Assembly (NCBI GenBank): GCA_964645795.1 | Contig: CAZYCL010000009.1 | Span: 505-64,504 of the forward strand | Origin: an uncultured Planctomycetales bacterium | GTDB lineage: Bacteria; Omnitrophota; Gorgyraeia; Gygaellales; Profunditerraquicolaceae | Direction: 5' to 3' | DNA: 64,000 nucleotides | Part shown: in pieces, positions 46,961-56,819 of the stretch | Layout of the letters: every line of letters begins with the position of its first letter | Numbering within the stretch: the stretch's first letter is position 1 | The notes under the pieces: generated by a model | Databases searched by the model: none | What the model was told of the DNA's origin: nothing | Seen by the model: only the letters and a program-made list of their open reading frames with translations | Made by a program: the position numbers and the translations under genes

Positions 46961-48139
46961 ATGAAACTGCAAAAAGTATTCGAAACTTATAAAGAGTGTA
47001 TAATGCCTACTTATACCAAACTCCCCTTGGTATTCGTAAAAGGCAAGGGCTCCAGGCTTTGGGATATCCACAGCCGCTGCTACCTGGATTTTTTCCCCGG
47101 CTGGGGGGTCAACAATCTCGGGCATTGTCATCCCAAGGTCATGCAGGCTGTGCGGGACCAGATCTCCAAGCTCATCTTTATCCCCAATAACTATTACCAT
47201 CTGTCCCAGGCAAAGCTTGCCGAGGAGCTGGTGAGGGTCTCGTTTCCTGCGAAGGTCTTTTTTTGCAACTCCGGAGCGGAAGCAAATGAGGCGGCGATCA
47301 AGTTTGCCAGGAAGTTCGGCAACGGCAGGTTTGAGATAATCACTTTTGAGAACTCTTTTCACGGCAGGACGCTTGCGGCTGTTACCGCTACGGGGCAGAA
47401 GAAATATCAGCAGGGTTTTGAGCCGCTGGTAGCGGGCTTTAAGACGGTAAGGTTCAATGATATCGAAGCGGTCAAGGGCGCCATTACGGAAAAGACGGCA
47501 GCGGTGATGATCGAGTTCGTCCAGGGCGAAGGCGGCATCAATGTCGCCGCGCCTGATTTCGTCAGGGGCTTAAGGCGGCTCTGCGATGAAAAGAACATAC
47601 TGCTGGTTGCCGACGAGGTGCAGACCGGCATCGGCAGGACGTCCAAGTTTTTCTGCTATCAGAATTACGGCATTACTCCGGATATAATGACTTTGGCCAA
47701 GGCCCTGGGCGGAGGGCTGCCTATAGGGGCGATGGTGGTAAGAAAAGATATCTCCGATACATTGGGTCCTGGCATGCACGCTTCCACATTCGGAGGCGGG
47801 CCGGTGGTCTGCCGGGCGGCACTGGCGGTATTAAAGGCCCTGCAGGAAGAAAAGCTGTTGGGAAACTGTAAAAAGGCAAGCGGCTGCCTTTTTTCCATCT
47901 TGAATAAGCTAAAGGACAAGTATCCCGTGATCAGGGATGTGCGGGGCCTGGGGCTTATGATCGGGGTAGAGTTGGGTATCCCGGGCAAGGCGGTTGTAGA
48001 GAAATGTATCGAGAAGGGGTTGCTTATTAATTGCACGCATGATTCGGTATTGAGGATCATGCCGGCATTGAACGTCACCGGAAAAGATATCGCCAAGGCG
48101 ATGGCGATTTTGGAAGAAGCGCTCAGAGGTGCAGAATGA
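46961..48139 (+). CDS. argD: acetylornithine aminotransferase
   Basis: Class III aminotransferase. DEVQTGIGRTSK PLP-lysine motif. Arg operon context. Confidence 0.85.
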   Translation: MKLQKVFETYKECIMPTYTKLPLVFVKGKGSRLWDIHSRCYLDFFPGWGVNNLGHCHPKVMQAVRDQISKLIFIPNNYYHLSQAKLAEELVRVSFPAKVFFCNSGAEANEAAIKFARKFGNGRFEIITFENSFHGRTLAAVTATGQKKYQQGFEPLVAGFKTVRFNDIEAVKGAITEKTAAVMIEFVQGEGGINVAAPDFVRGLRRLCDEKNILLVADEVQTGIGRTSKFFCYQNYGITPDIMTLAKALGGGLPIGAMVVRKDISDTLGPGMHASTFGGGPVVCRAALAVLKALQEEKLLGNCKKASGCLFSILNKLKDKYPVIRDVRGLGLMIGVELGIPGKAVVEKCIEKGLLINCTHDSVLRIMPALNVTGKDIAKAMAILEEALRGAE

Positions 48140-49050
48140 AGAAGGATTTTCTTTCCATCGACGATCTAAACAGTGCCCAGATTAAAGAGCTGTTCGCGCT
48201 TACCGACAGGGTAAAGAAAGGCAAAAAGAAGTTCAGCAAGGTTTTGAACGGCAAGACCATTGCGCTTATCTTTCAGAAGCCCTCCAACCGCACCCGGGTT
48301 TCTTTTGAGGTCGGCATGTTCCAGCTGGGAGGTAACTCCATATATCTGGGCCCCGGAGAGATAAACCTTGGGGTAAGGGAGTCGATCGGGGACGTCGCCA
48401 GGACGCTCTCCCGTTATGTTGACGGGATCGTGCTGCGTACTTTCGAGCATAATAATATTATGGAAATGGCCAAGGCAGCGTCCGTGCCCGTGATAAACGG
48501 GCTTTCCGACTCTTCGCATCCATGCCAGGCGCTGGCGGATGTTTATACTATCAGAGAAAAGCTAAAGAGATTAAAGGGGGTCACCGTCGCTTATATCGGG
48601 GACGGCAACAATGTATGCAACTCGCTTATCTTTGCCTGCGTGAAGACCGGAGTGAATATAAGAGTGGCTACTCCCGTAGGCTACGAACCTTTTGAGTCCG
48701 TGGTCAGGCAAGCAAGGTGCCTGGTCGGAAAATCCAAACCATGCCTTTCTTTATGTAACGACCCTTTTGAAGCCGCTAAGGACGCGGATGTGCTTTATAC
48801 CGACGTTTGGGCAAGCATGGGGCAGGAGCAAGAAGCAGAGGCGCGAGAGAGGGCATTTAAGGATTATCAGCTCAACAAGAGGATCACTCAGGCGGCCAAG
48901 AAGAGCGCATTGATCATGCATTGTCTGCCAGCGCACCGCGGCAAGGAGATAACCGACGAGGTCATCGACTCTAAGGGCTCCGTGGTCTTTGACCAGGCTG
49001 AGAACAGGATGCATGTGCAGAAGGCGATACTCATAAGATTGCTGGGTTAG
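48136..49050 (+). CDS. argF: ornithine carbamoyltransferase
   Basis: SNRTRVSFE (STRTR) and HCLPA motifs. Confidence 0.9.
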   Translation: MKKDFLSIDDLNSAQIKELFALTDRVKKGKKKFSKVLNGKTIALIFQKPSNRTRVSFEVGMFQLGGNSIYLGPGEINLGVRESIGDVARTLSRYVDGIVLRTFEHNNIMEMAKAASVPVINGLSDSSHPCQALADVYTIREKLKRLKGVTVAYIGDGNNVCNSLIFACVKTGVNIRVATPVGYEPFESVVRQARCLVGKSKPCLSLCNDPFEAAKDADVLYTDVWASMGQEQEAEARERAFKDYQLNKRITQAAKKSALIMHCLPAHRGKEITDEVIDSKGSVVFDQAENRMHVQKAILIRLLG

Positions 49051-49067
49051 CTTGAAAGGAATTTGAA

Positions 49068-50243
49068 ATGAAAAAAGTAGTGCTGGCATATTCGGGCGGC
49101 CTTGATACCTCCTGCATCGTCAGGTGGCTCAAGGGCCGAGGTTACGATGTCATTTGTTTTGTCGCGGATCTCGGGCAGGGATTGGACAAGGGGGAAAGCT
49201 TCGAGGCGATAGAGGGCCGGGCCCTGGCAGCCGGAGCCGCAAAAGTCTACATCAAAGACCTTAAGGATGAGTTCGTGGAGGATTTTGTGCTGCCGGCCCT
49301 GAAGGCGGGGGCCTTATACGAAGGAAAGTACCTGTTGGCAACCGCGTTGGGCAGGCCCTTGATCGCTAAAAACCTTGTGGAGATTGCGCATAAGGAGAAA
49401 GCGGATGCTATCGCTCATGGCTGCACCGGCAAAGGCAATGACCAGGTCAGGCTCGAAGTCACTGCCGGCATCCTTGACCCCCGGCTTAAATGCCTGGCTC
49501 CGGTAAGGGACTGGGAGTTTAAATCCAGGGAAGAAGAGATAGAGTATGCCAAAAGGCACAATATACCGATAGACGTGACCAAGAAAAAGCCTTACAGCAT
49601 AGACAGGAATATCTGGGGCGTAAGCATAGAGGCGGGGGTCCTTGAGGACCTGAGCAAGGAGCCTCCTGAAGACGCCTATGTGTTGACGAAGGGCGCGGTA
49701 AAGAAGCAGGAGGAGCTGGTAGACATATACTTTTATAAAGGAGCGCCCAAGAAGCTAAACGGCAAAGCCCTCTCTCCCAAGGAGATCATCAGCAGGCTCA
49801 ATGTCATCGGCGGCTCTCATAAGATAGGAAGGACCGACCTCGTAGAAAACAGGCTTGTGGGGATCAAGTCGAGGGAGATCTATGAAGCCCCTGCAGCCAC
49901 AATACTCCATGCTGCGCACAGGGAGCTTGAAAGCCTGGTGCTGGACAGGGAGACCGCTCATTTTAAACAAGTGCTCTCGCTTAAATACTCGGAGCTGGTA
50001 TATTACGGCCTATGGTATTCTGCTCTTAAAGAGGCGTTGGATGCCTTTGTGGACTCTACGCAGCGCTACGTTACCGGAAGCATAAAGATGAGATTAGGCC
50101 CGGGCAACTGCAGGCCTGCGGCCAGGAGCTCGCAATACTCACTCTATAAAAAAGAGTTAAGTACTTACGGCAAGGGAGACGTTTTTGACCAGAGGCTGGC
50201 CGAAGGTTTCATAAAGCTCTGGGGCCTGCCTTATAAAAGATAA
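49068..50243 (+). CDS. argG: argininosuccinate synthase
   Basis: VVLAYSGGLDTS PP-loop motif. Confidence 0.9.
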   Translation: MKKVVLAYSGGLDTSCIVRWLKGRGYDVICFVADLGQGLDKGESFEAIEGRALAAGAAKVYIKDLKDEFVEDFVLPALKAGALYEGKYLLATALGRPLIAKNLVEIAHKEKADAIAHGCTGKGNDQVRLEVTAGILDPRLKCLAPVRDWEFKSREEEIEYAKRHNIPIDVTKKKPYSIDRNIWGVSIEAGVLEDLSKEPPEDAYVLTKGAVKKQEELVDIYFYKGAPKKLNGKALSPKEIISRLNVIGGSHKIGRTDLVENRLVGIKSREIYEAPAATILHAAHRELESLVLDRETAHFKQVLSLKYSELVYYGLWYSALKEALDAFVDSTQRYVTGSIKMRLGPGNCRPAARSSQYSLYKKELSTYGKGDVFDQRLAEGFIKLWGLPYKR

Positions 50244-50257
50244 TTACGGAGAAGAAG

Positions 50258-51610
50258 ATGGCAAAAAAGATGTGGGGCGGAAGGTTTACTAAGGCAAATC
50301 ATCCCCTGGTAGAGGAGTTTACGCGCTCTATCCAGTATGACTATAAATTGGCGCAGTACGATATCCTGGGCTCCATCGCCCACGTGGATATCCTTAAGAG
50401 ATGCGGTTACCTCAAGGCAGAGGAGGCTTCTCGGCTTGATAAAGGCCTCAATGATATTTACACCAGCATCGAGAAGGGGAGGTTTGAGCCGGACTTGAAC
50501 TGCGAAGACATCCATACTTGTATCCAGAACCTGCTGCATAGAGGGGTCGGAGACCTGGCATTAAAGCTGCATACCGCAAGGTCCAGGAACGACCAGGTGG
50601 CTTTTGCCACCAAGCTCTACTGCAAGATCTCCCTTACCGAGGCGCAGCTGGCCATTACCGGTCTTAATAAGGCGATACTGGATTTGGCGGTAAAGAATTC
50701 AAAGATCATTATCCCCGGCTTTACTCATATGCAGCACGCGCAGCCCGTGATGCTGCGGGACTACCTTTGGGCCTATATCGAGATGCTCTCCAGGGACCAG
50801 CAAAGGCTGGCCCACATATCCGCAGACATGCAGATAACCCTCGGTGCAGGCGCGCTGGCAGGCACCCCGATAGAGGCTGCGCAGTATCACATAAAGGTAT
50901 CGGAGTTCATCAGGAACAAACAGGTGGGAGAGAGCTTTGACATAAGGGCAAGCAGGAATTCGCTGGATGCGGTCAGCGACCGGGATTTCGTCATCGAGAT
51001 AATATCGGCGCTGGCCATATGCGCCATGCATCTTTCAAGGTTTGCCGAAGACCTGATCATCTGGTCGACGAAAGAGTTTGACTTCCTTGAGCTAGACGAT
51101 GCCTTCTGCACCGGCAGCTCGCTTATGCCGCAGAAAAAGAATGCCGATGTCCTGGAGCTTATCAGGGGATATGCCGGCAGGCTCAACGGCAATCTGGTAA
51201 GCGTTCTTACCATGATGAAGGGGCTGCCGCTTACCTATAACCGGGACATGCAGCTGGACAAGGAGCCGCTTTTTAACTCTTTTGAAGTGGTTTCGGCGGA
51301 GCTGGCCATACTTAAAGGGCTGGTCAAGACCCTGAAGTTCCATCCGGACAAGATCAGGCTTGCCCTGGAAGATGAATCGCTATATGCTACGGACCTGGTT
51401 TATTACCTCGTTGATAAAGGCGTTTCTTTTAAGAATGCCCATGATATAGTCGGCAGGCTGGTAAGGTATTCGCTGGACAAGCGAATCAAGATAAAGTCGA
51501 TGTCCGACCAGGCGTTGAAGAAGTTTTCGCCAAAGCTCATACACAGCCAGATAGCGTTACTTTTTGACCCGCTGGTATCCGTGCGGTCAAAGAAATCGGT
51601 CAGGAGATGA
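50258..51610 (+). CDS. argH: argininosuccinate lyase
   Basis: WGGRF start. Fumarase-family GSSLMPQKKN signature. Confidence 0.9.
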   Translation: MAKKMWGGRFTKANHPLVEEFTRSIQYDYKLAQYDILGSIAHVDILKRCGYLKAEEASRLDKGLNDIYTSIEKGRFEPDLNCEDIHTCIQNLLHRGVGDLALKLHTARSRNDQVAFATKLYCKISLTEAQLAITGLNKAILDLAVKNSKIIIPGFTHMQHAQPVMLRDYLWAYIEMLSRDQQRLAHISADMQITLGAGALAGTPIEAAQYHIKVSEFIRNKQVGESFDIRASRNSLDAVSDRDFVIEIISALAICAMHLSRFAEDLIIWSTKEFDFLELDDAFCTGSSLMPQKKNADVLELIRGYAGRLNGNLVSVLTMMKGLPLTYNRDMQLDKEPLFNSFEVVSAELAILKGLVKTLKFHPDKIRLALEDESLYATDLVYYLVDKGVSFKNAHDIVGRLVRYSLDKRIKIKSMSDQALKKFSPKLIHSQIALLFDPLVSVRSKKSVRR

Positions 51611-51632
51611 CGGGATGCGAAAGGAGAGGCTT

Positions 51633-52463
51633 ATGCCCAGACTTAACCCAGTAATACATTTGGTCGCCTGTTTCTTGTTGTTGGCAGGCTACGTATACGC
51701 CCAGGAGTCGCTGACCATAACTACCTATTATCCTTCTCCCTACGGCGTCTATAACGAGCTGCGTTTATACCCGCACGTCATTGCCGGCGGCAGCTGTACT
51801 GATAGCACAAAAGGGACGATGGCCTATAGCAGCGCAGACGAACAACTTTATCTTTGTCAGGGGGCGGCGCTGGGATGGCTGCCTTTAAGCAACCTTTGGG
51901 GTGCGGTTGCTTCCGGCTCCCCCAATATCCATAATCTTAATACGGGATTCGTGGGGATAAATACGCTTACTCCGCTTTACAGGCTGCACGTCGAAGGAAC
52001 GGTCTATGCCAGCGGAGCGGACCTTGCGGAGTGGGTAAGGGCTGCCGGAGATGTCGGTGCCGGAGACCTGGTAAAGATCGTCGCAGCTAAGGACAAATCA
52101 GGGCTGCTTGCCAGGACATCGGCGGCATACGACGATAGCGCGATAGGAGCGGTCTCTTCGGATCCGGGGCTGCTTATAGGAAAGGCGCCCGGCAAAGATT
52201 ACAAGACCCTGGCTATGGCCGGCCAGGTCCCGGTAAAAGCCACTGCCGCCAACGGCGCGATAAGGCCGGGTGATTTACTGGTTTCTTCCAATATCCGCGG
52301 CTATGCCATGAAGGCCGTATTTCTTGATTATGATAAAGCAGCAAACTTCCAGGAGCTTAAAGCAATGATCAAAGAGAACGAAAAAAGGAAAGCTGCAGTC
52401 ATAGGCGTGGCAATAACCAGCCTTGAAAAAGGGCAGGGTAAAGTAGTAGCCATCGTTAAATAG
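51633..52463 (+). CDS. secreted hypothetical protein
   Basis: AAAGGAGAGG RBS. Signal peptide (LVACFLLLAGYVYAQE). G/A/S-rich with a fibre-like motif NTGFVGINTLTPLYRLHVEG. Confidence 0.55.
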   Translation: MPRLNPVIHLVACFLLLAGYVYAQESLTITTYYPSPYGVYNELRLYPHVIAGGSCTDSTKGTMAYSSADEQLYLCQGAALGWLPLSNLWGAVASGSPNIHNLNTGFVGINTLTPLYRLHVEGTVYASGADLAEWVRAAGDVGAGDLVKIVAAKDKSGLLARTSAAYDDSAIGAVSSDPGLLIGKAPGKDYKTLAMAGQVPVKATAANGAIRPGDLLVSSNIRGYAMKAVFLDYDKAANFQELKAMIKENEKRKAAVIGVAITSLEKGQGKVVAIVK

Positions 52464-52475
52464 ATAGGAGAGCCC

Positions 52476-53096
52476 ATGAAAGGCGAAATTTTTCGCATCC
52501 CCGTATTCCTATTTTGCCTGCTCTTGACGGGCATATTGATCCCGGCCAATGCGCAATGCCCGCCGGCAACGATAACCGAGGACGTAGCTCCCTGCAGGAA
52601 TTCGGATTCGGTTGCCGCGCCTTCATGCGGCAATTGCACTAATGCCGCCTGCCCCAACTTCGGCAACCCCTGCACCGCAGGCTGTTCGCAGTCGAGACAG
52701 AAGTGCAGGAGGGATACGGCCATCGAGACCAAGAACATCTCAACGCTCCCTTTTGCTTATTCGCACGCTGCGGTCAATGCCCCGTGCACGGCAGACGTTT
52801 GTTGCTGCGATGAGTGTTACCAGTGGGATACGTGTTGGGATGATGTCAACATGGAATGGGTCACTTATTGCGTCAGGAGCGGCTATATCAGCAAAGGGGT
52901 CGGCTACGTATTGAGTCTGGCCACCAGCTACACGGAAAGGGCGCTTCCTTTTGAGTTCGACGGAAACTGGCTGACTTGCACCGGCAACACCATCAGGGCT
53001 GATACGGACTGCAATTATTATAATCCAAGCTTCGAGGATTATGACTGCATGTCATGGGAGTGCACCTGCCCGGTCTGCGGCGACCCATGTTCATAG
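52476..53096 (+). CDS. secreted cysteine-rich protein (about 22 Cys in about 180 mature residues)
   Basis: Signal peptide. Repeated C-x2-4-C, CCC and CxC clusters (for example CTADVCCCDECYQWDTCWD and CTCPVCGDPCS). Confidence 0.55.
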   Translation: MKGEIFRIPVFLFCLLLTGILIPANAQCPPATITEDVAPCRNSDSVAAPSCGNCTNAACPNFGNPCTAGCSQSRQKCRRDTAIETKNISTLPFAYSHAAVNAPCTADVCCCDECYQWDTCWDDVNMEWVTYCVRSGYISKGVGYVLSLATSYTERALPFEFDGNWLTCTGNTIRADTDCNYYNPSFEDYDCMSWECTCPVCGDPCS

Positions 53097-53119
53097 GCAG
53101 TATAACGCGGTATTGATTT

Positions 53120-54388
53120 ATGCACGAATTTAAATACGTCGGAAGATATCTTTATTGCGAAAAACTAAGGGTTCTGGATCTCGCCCGCAAGTACGGCTCT
53201 CCACTTTATATTTACAGCTACCATACTCTGATCGACCACTTTATGAAGCTGCAGGCGGCATTCCGGGTGGTAGAGCCGCTTATATGCTATTCGGTGAAAG
53301 CCAACTCAAGCCTGGCGATTTTAAAGGCGCTGGTAGATAAAGGGGCGGGCCTGGATATTGTATCCGGGGGAGAGCTCTTTCGGGCCCTTAAGGCAGGTTG
53401 CCCGGCCTCAAAGATCGTCTATGCTTCGGTAGGTAAGACCGACAGCGAAATAGAAGAGGCCCTGAAGAAGGGGATACTGTTTTTTAACGTTGAGTCGCTT
53501 CCGGAGCTGGAGAATATAAACCGCATAGCCGCAAGGCTGGGCAGGCGCGCAAGCGTTGCCATACGCATCAATCCCGACGTTGAACCCAAGACCCATAAGT
53601 TCATCACTACGGGAAAGATCACTAATAAATTCGGCATTGATTTTGATACCGCCCGTTCGATATTGCGCCGCTGCGGGAAACTGGCGAACGTCGCCATCAA
53701 GGGGTTGCATATACATATCGGTTCGCAGATAACCGAAAGCTCGCCCTTTATTGCCGCCATCAAGAAACTGATCGATTTTGTAGGGCTGATCAGGGGCATC
53801 GGCGTCAATATAGAGTACCTGAATATCGGCGGCGGCCTTGGTATAATTTACGACCAGGAGAACCCCCAGACAGCGGTAAAGTACGCCGGCAAGGTCGTCC
53901 CCCTCCTTAAAGAAACCGGGCTTAAGATAGTAATGGAGCCGGGAAGGTTCGTCGTCGGGCAGGCCGGGGTGCTGGTGACCGGGGTTTTGTATGTAAAACA
54001 GACGCCTTTTAAGAAGTTCGTCATTGTTGACGCAGGCATGAATGACCTTATCCGCCCTGCCCTTTACGGGGCATATCACAAGATCCTGCCGGTTGAAAAA
54101 GGCGCGGCCCGCAAGCGCCCCATTAAGGCGGATGTGGTAGGCCCTATATGCGAAAGCGGCGATTTTCTTGCCAAAGACAGGTTAATCGCCCCGGTAAGCG
54201 CGGGAGAGCATCTTGCCGTGATGAGCGCCGGTGCCTACGGATTTAGCATGTCCTCTAATTATAATTCGCGCAGGCGCCCGGCGGAGGTGCTTGTTGTAGC
54301 GGATAAAAGCTTTCTGATCAGGAAAAGAGAGGGTTTTGATGACCTTACCAGGAATGAAACGATACCCGCGTTCCTGATGGGGCTATAG
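53120..54388 (+). CDS. lysA: diaminopimelate decarboxylase
   Basis: Orn/DAP decarboxylase family. PLP-Lys in YSVKANS. EPGRF and CESGD blocks. Confidence 0.9.
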   Translation: MHEFKYVGRYLYCEKLRVLDLARKYGSPLYIYSYHTLIDHFMKLQAAFRVVEPLICYSVKANSSLAILKALVDKGAGLDIVSGGELFRALKAGCPASKIVYASVGKTDSEIEEALKKGILFFNVESLPELENINRIAARLGRRASVAIRINPDVEPKTHKFITTGKITNKFGIDFDTARSILRRCGKLANVAIKGLHIHIGSQITESSPFIAAIKKLIDFVGLIRGIGVNIEYLNIGGGLGIIYDQENPQTAVKYAGKVVPLLKETGLKIVMEPGRFVVGQAGVLVTGVLYVKQTPFKKFVIVDAGMNDLIRPALYGAYHKILPVEKGAARKRPIKADVVGPICESGDFLAKDRLIAPVSAGEHLAVMSAGAYGFSMSSNYNSRRRPAEVLVVADKSFLIRKREGFDDLTRNETIPAFLMGL

Positions 54389-54389
54389 G

Positions 54390-55208
54390 ATGAAAACCAT
54401 GGATTTTACCAAGATCGCCGGATCGGGCAACGATTTTGTGATCGTAAAGAACCCCGGTTTGGCAACAGGGGCTTTAAAAAGGTTGGCTGTATCCGCCTGT
54501 GACAGGAAGAACGGGATAGGCGCAGACGGTCTGCTTGTCATGGAGGAAAGCAGGCGCCAGGATGCGCGCATGCGCATCTTCAACGCCGACGGCTCGGAAG
54601 CCGAGATGTGCGGAAACGGCGCGCGCTGCGCGGCCTTGTATCTGGCGCGCGAGGGCGGGATCAGCGGCAAGGCAAGCTTCAGGCTTCAGACGCTGGCCGG
54701 TATAGTCGAATCCGAGACGCACGGCAATAATGTCAGGATAAAGCTTACAAAGCCGCATGGTTTAAAGCTGGGGATAGGACTGGAGATCTGCGGCAGGCGC
54801 CTGTCCGTAAACTTCATCGATACCGGCGTGCCCCATGCGGTCATTTTTGTCGAGGGGCTCGATCACATCGACGTTTGCCGGCTCGGCCGTCTTATCCGTT
54901 ACCATAAAGCTTTTGCGCCTCGGGGAACGAACGTCAACTTCGTTCAGGTAAAAGACCGCGATACCCTGCTGGTCAGGACCTATGAGAGAGGCGTTGAGGC
55001 AGAGACCCTGGCCTGCGGCACGGGCAGCGTGGCATCGGCGCTGATCGCCTCATCCTGTTTTAACATCGGCAGAAAAAAGGCGGTCAAGATCATAACAAAG
55101 GGCAAAGAGCTGCTTAGGGTATATTTTCGCAAGCAAAAGGGCGAGTTTGGCGATGTGTGGCTGGAAGGCCGGGTAAAACCTATATGTAAAGGAGTATGGT
55201 ATGTTTAA
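54390..55208 (+). CDS. dapF: diaminopimelate epimerase
   Basis: GSGNDF motif. Two catalytic Cys (MCGNG and ACGTGS). Confidence 0.9.
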   Translation: MKTMDFTKIAGSGNDFVIVKNPGLATGALKRLAVSACDRKNGIGADGLLVMEESRRQDARMRIFNADGSEAEMCGNGARCAALYLAREGGISGKASFRLQTLAGIVESETHGNNVRIKLTKPHGLKLGIGLEICGRRLSVNFIDTGVPHAVIFVEGLDHIDVCRLGRLIRYHKAFAPRGTNVNFVQVKDRDTLLVRTYERGVEAETLACGTGSVASALIASSCFNIGRKKAVKIITKGKELLRVYFRKQKGEFGDVWLEGRVKPICKGVWYV

Positions 55209-56076
55209 GGGCTCGATCGTGGCTATAGTGACGCCTTTCGATAACAAGAAAGTTGATGAGAAGAAGTTAAGGGAGCTTATTGAGTTCCAGATAAAGAACG
55301 GCACCTCCGGGATCGTCCCGTGCGGAACGACAGGCGAATCTGCCACTTTGTCTTTTGAAGAGCATGACAAGGTCATCGAAATAACCATAGACCAGACAAA
55401 GAAGAGGGTCCCGGTAATAGCCGGGACAGGCTCAAATTCGACCGAAGAAGCGATCATACTTACCAGGCATGCAGAAAAAGCCGGGGCTGACGCTTCCCTG
55501 CAGGTCTCTCCCTATTATAACCGTCCGACACAGAAAGGGCTTTATGAGCATTTTAAGGCCGTGGCTGATTCGGTAAAGATCCCGATCATCTTATACAATA
55601 TCGCCTCGCGTACCGGAGTCAATATCGAACCCGAGACGATCGCAAGGCTCGCCAATGACTGCAAGAACATAGTCGGGGTCAAAGAGGCCTCCGGCAGTCT
55701 TGATCAGATGTCGCGCATAAAACAGCTTTGTCCCGAAAGATTCGAGCTCATTTCGGGCGATGACAGCCTTACCCTGCCGCTTTTGGCTATCGGAGGGATC
55801 GGGATCATATCGGTAGCCGCCAACATCATCCCCGCGGACGTAGCGGCGATGGTGGAGGAGTTCGAGAAAGGCAATACAGAAGAGGCGCGCAGGCTTCACT
55901 ACAAGATGCTGCCGCTTATCAAGGCGCTTTTTGTCGAGACTAATCCTATCCCGGTAAAGACCGCGTTAGGGCTTATGGGGCTATGCAAGAGCGACCTTAG
56001 GCTTCCCATGACCGAGATGCTTGCGGAAAACAAGGAGAAGCTTAAAAAGGCGATGAAGGATTACGGGCTTTTATAG
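55201..56076 (+). CDS. dapA: 4-hydroxy-tetrahydrodipicolinate synthase
   Basis: GSIVAIVTPF start. GTTGES motif. Schiff-base Lys in VGVKEAS. Confidence 0.9.
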   Translation: MFKGSIVAIVTPFDNKKVDEKKLRELIEFQIKNGTSGIVPCGTTGESATLSFEEHDKVIEITIDQTKKRVPVIAGTGSNSTEEAIILTRHAEKAGADASLQVSPYYNRPTQKGLYEHFKAVADSVKIPIILYNIASRTGVNIEPETIARLANDCKNIVGVKEASGSLDQMSRIKQLCPERFELISGDDSLTLPLLAIGGIGIISVAANIIPADVAAMVEEFEKGNTEEARRLHYKMLPLIKALFVETNPIPVKTALGLMGLCKSDLRLPMTEMLAENKEKLKKAMKDYGLL

Positions 56077-56102
56077 CATTATAAGGGAAAGAGAGCGAAG
56101 TC

Positions 56103-56816
56103 ATGATCAAGTTAGGCATATCCGGGGCCTGCGGTAAGATGGGCAGGCGTATATTTGAGCTGGCCAGCCACGACCGCGATTTTGAGGTTATCCTGGCGCT
56201 TGAGAAAAAGGGGACCCCGCTCATCGGCAAGGATATGGGCAAGCTCAAGGTATCTTCGAGCTCGGACGGTATATTTCTTATCGATGTTTTCATCGATTTT
56301 ACCGTTGCCGAGGCTGCGGAGGCAAACCTCGATTATATCGCCAAGTATAAAAAGGCCCTGGTCCTGGGCACCACCGGTTTGAGCGACTCCCAGATAAAGA
56401 AGGTGGAGGAGGTTTCCGGCGTAGTTCCGGTAGTTTTTTCTCCCAACATGTCCGTAGGGGTCAATGTGCTGTTCTGGGCGCTGCCGGATATCGCCAGGAG
56501 GCTGGGGTCAGATTATTCCGTCGAGATCGTTGAAGCGCATCACAGCGCCAAAAAAGACGCCCCCTCCGGCACAGCCAAGAAGATGGCGCAGGCCTTAAAG
56601 GATGTAGTAAAGAAGGACATCCCTACCCACGCCATACGCCTGGGGGATATTGTCGGCGACCACACGGTCATATTTTGCGGTAACTCCGAGCGAATCGAGA
56701 TAAAACATCAGGCCCATTCACGCGATCTTTTCGCCCTGGGCGCCCTTAAGGCGGCAAAATGGGTATTCGGAAAACCTCCCGGGATATATTCGATGCAAGA
56801 CGTATTGAAAGGATAG
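56103..56816 (+). CDS. dapB: 4-hydroxy-tetrahydrodipicolinate reductase (short form, 237 aa)
   Basis: GISGACGKMG NAD motif. EAHHSAKKDAPSGTA catalytic block. Confidence 0.85.
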   Translation: MIKLGISGACGKMGRRIFELASHDRDFEVILALEKKGTPLIGKDMGKLKVSSSSDGIFLIDVFIDFTVAEAAEANLDYIAKYKKALVLGTTGLSDSQIKKVEEVSGVVPVVFSPNMSVGVNVLFWALPDIARRLGSDYSVEIVEAHHSAKKDAPSGTAKKMAQALKDVVKKDIPTHAIRLGDIVGDHTVIFCGNSERIEIKHQAHSRDLFALGALKAAKWVFGKPPGIYSMQDVLKG

Positions 56817-56819
56817 CGC

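Noticed and set aside
53408-54079. 223-aa minus-strand ORF
   Set aside because: It is antisense to lysA.
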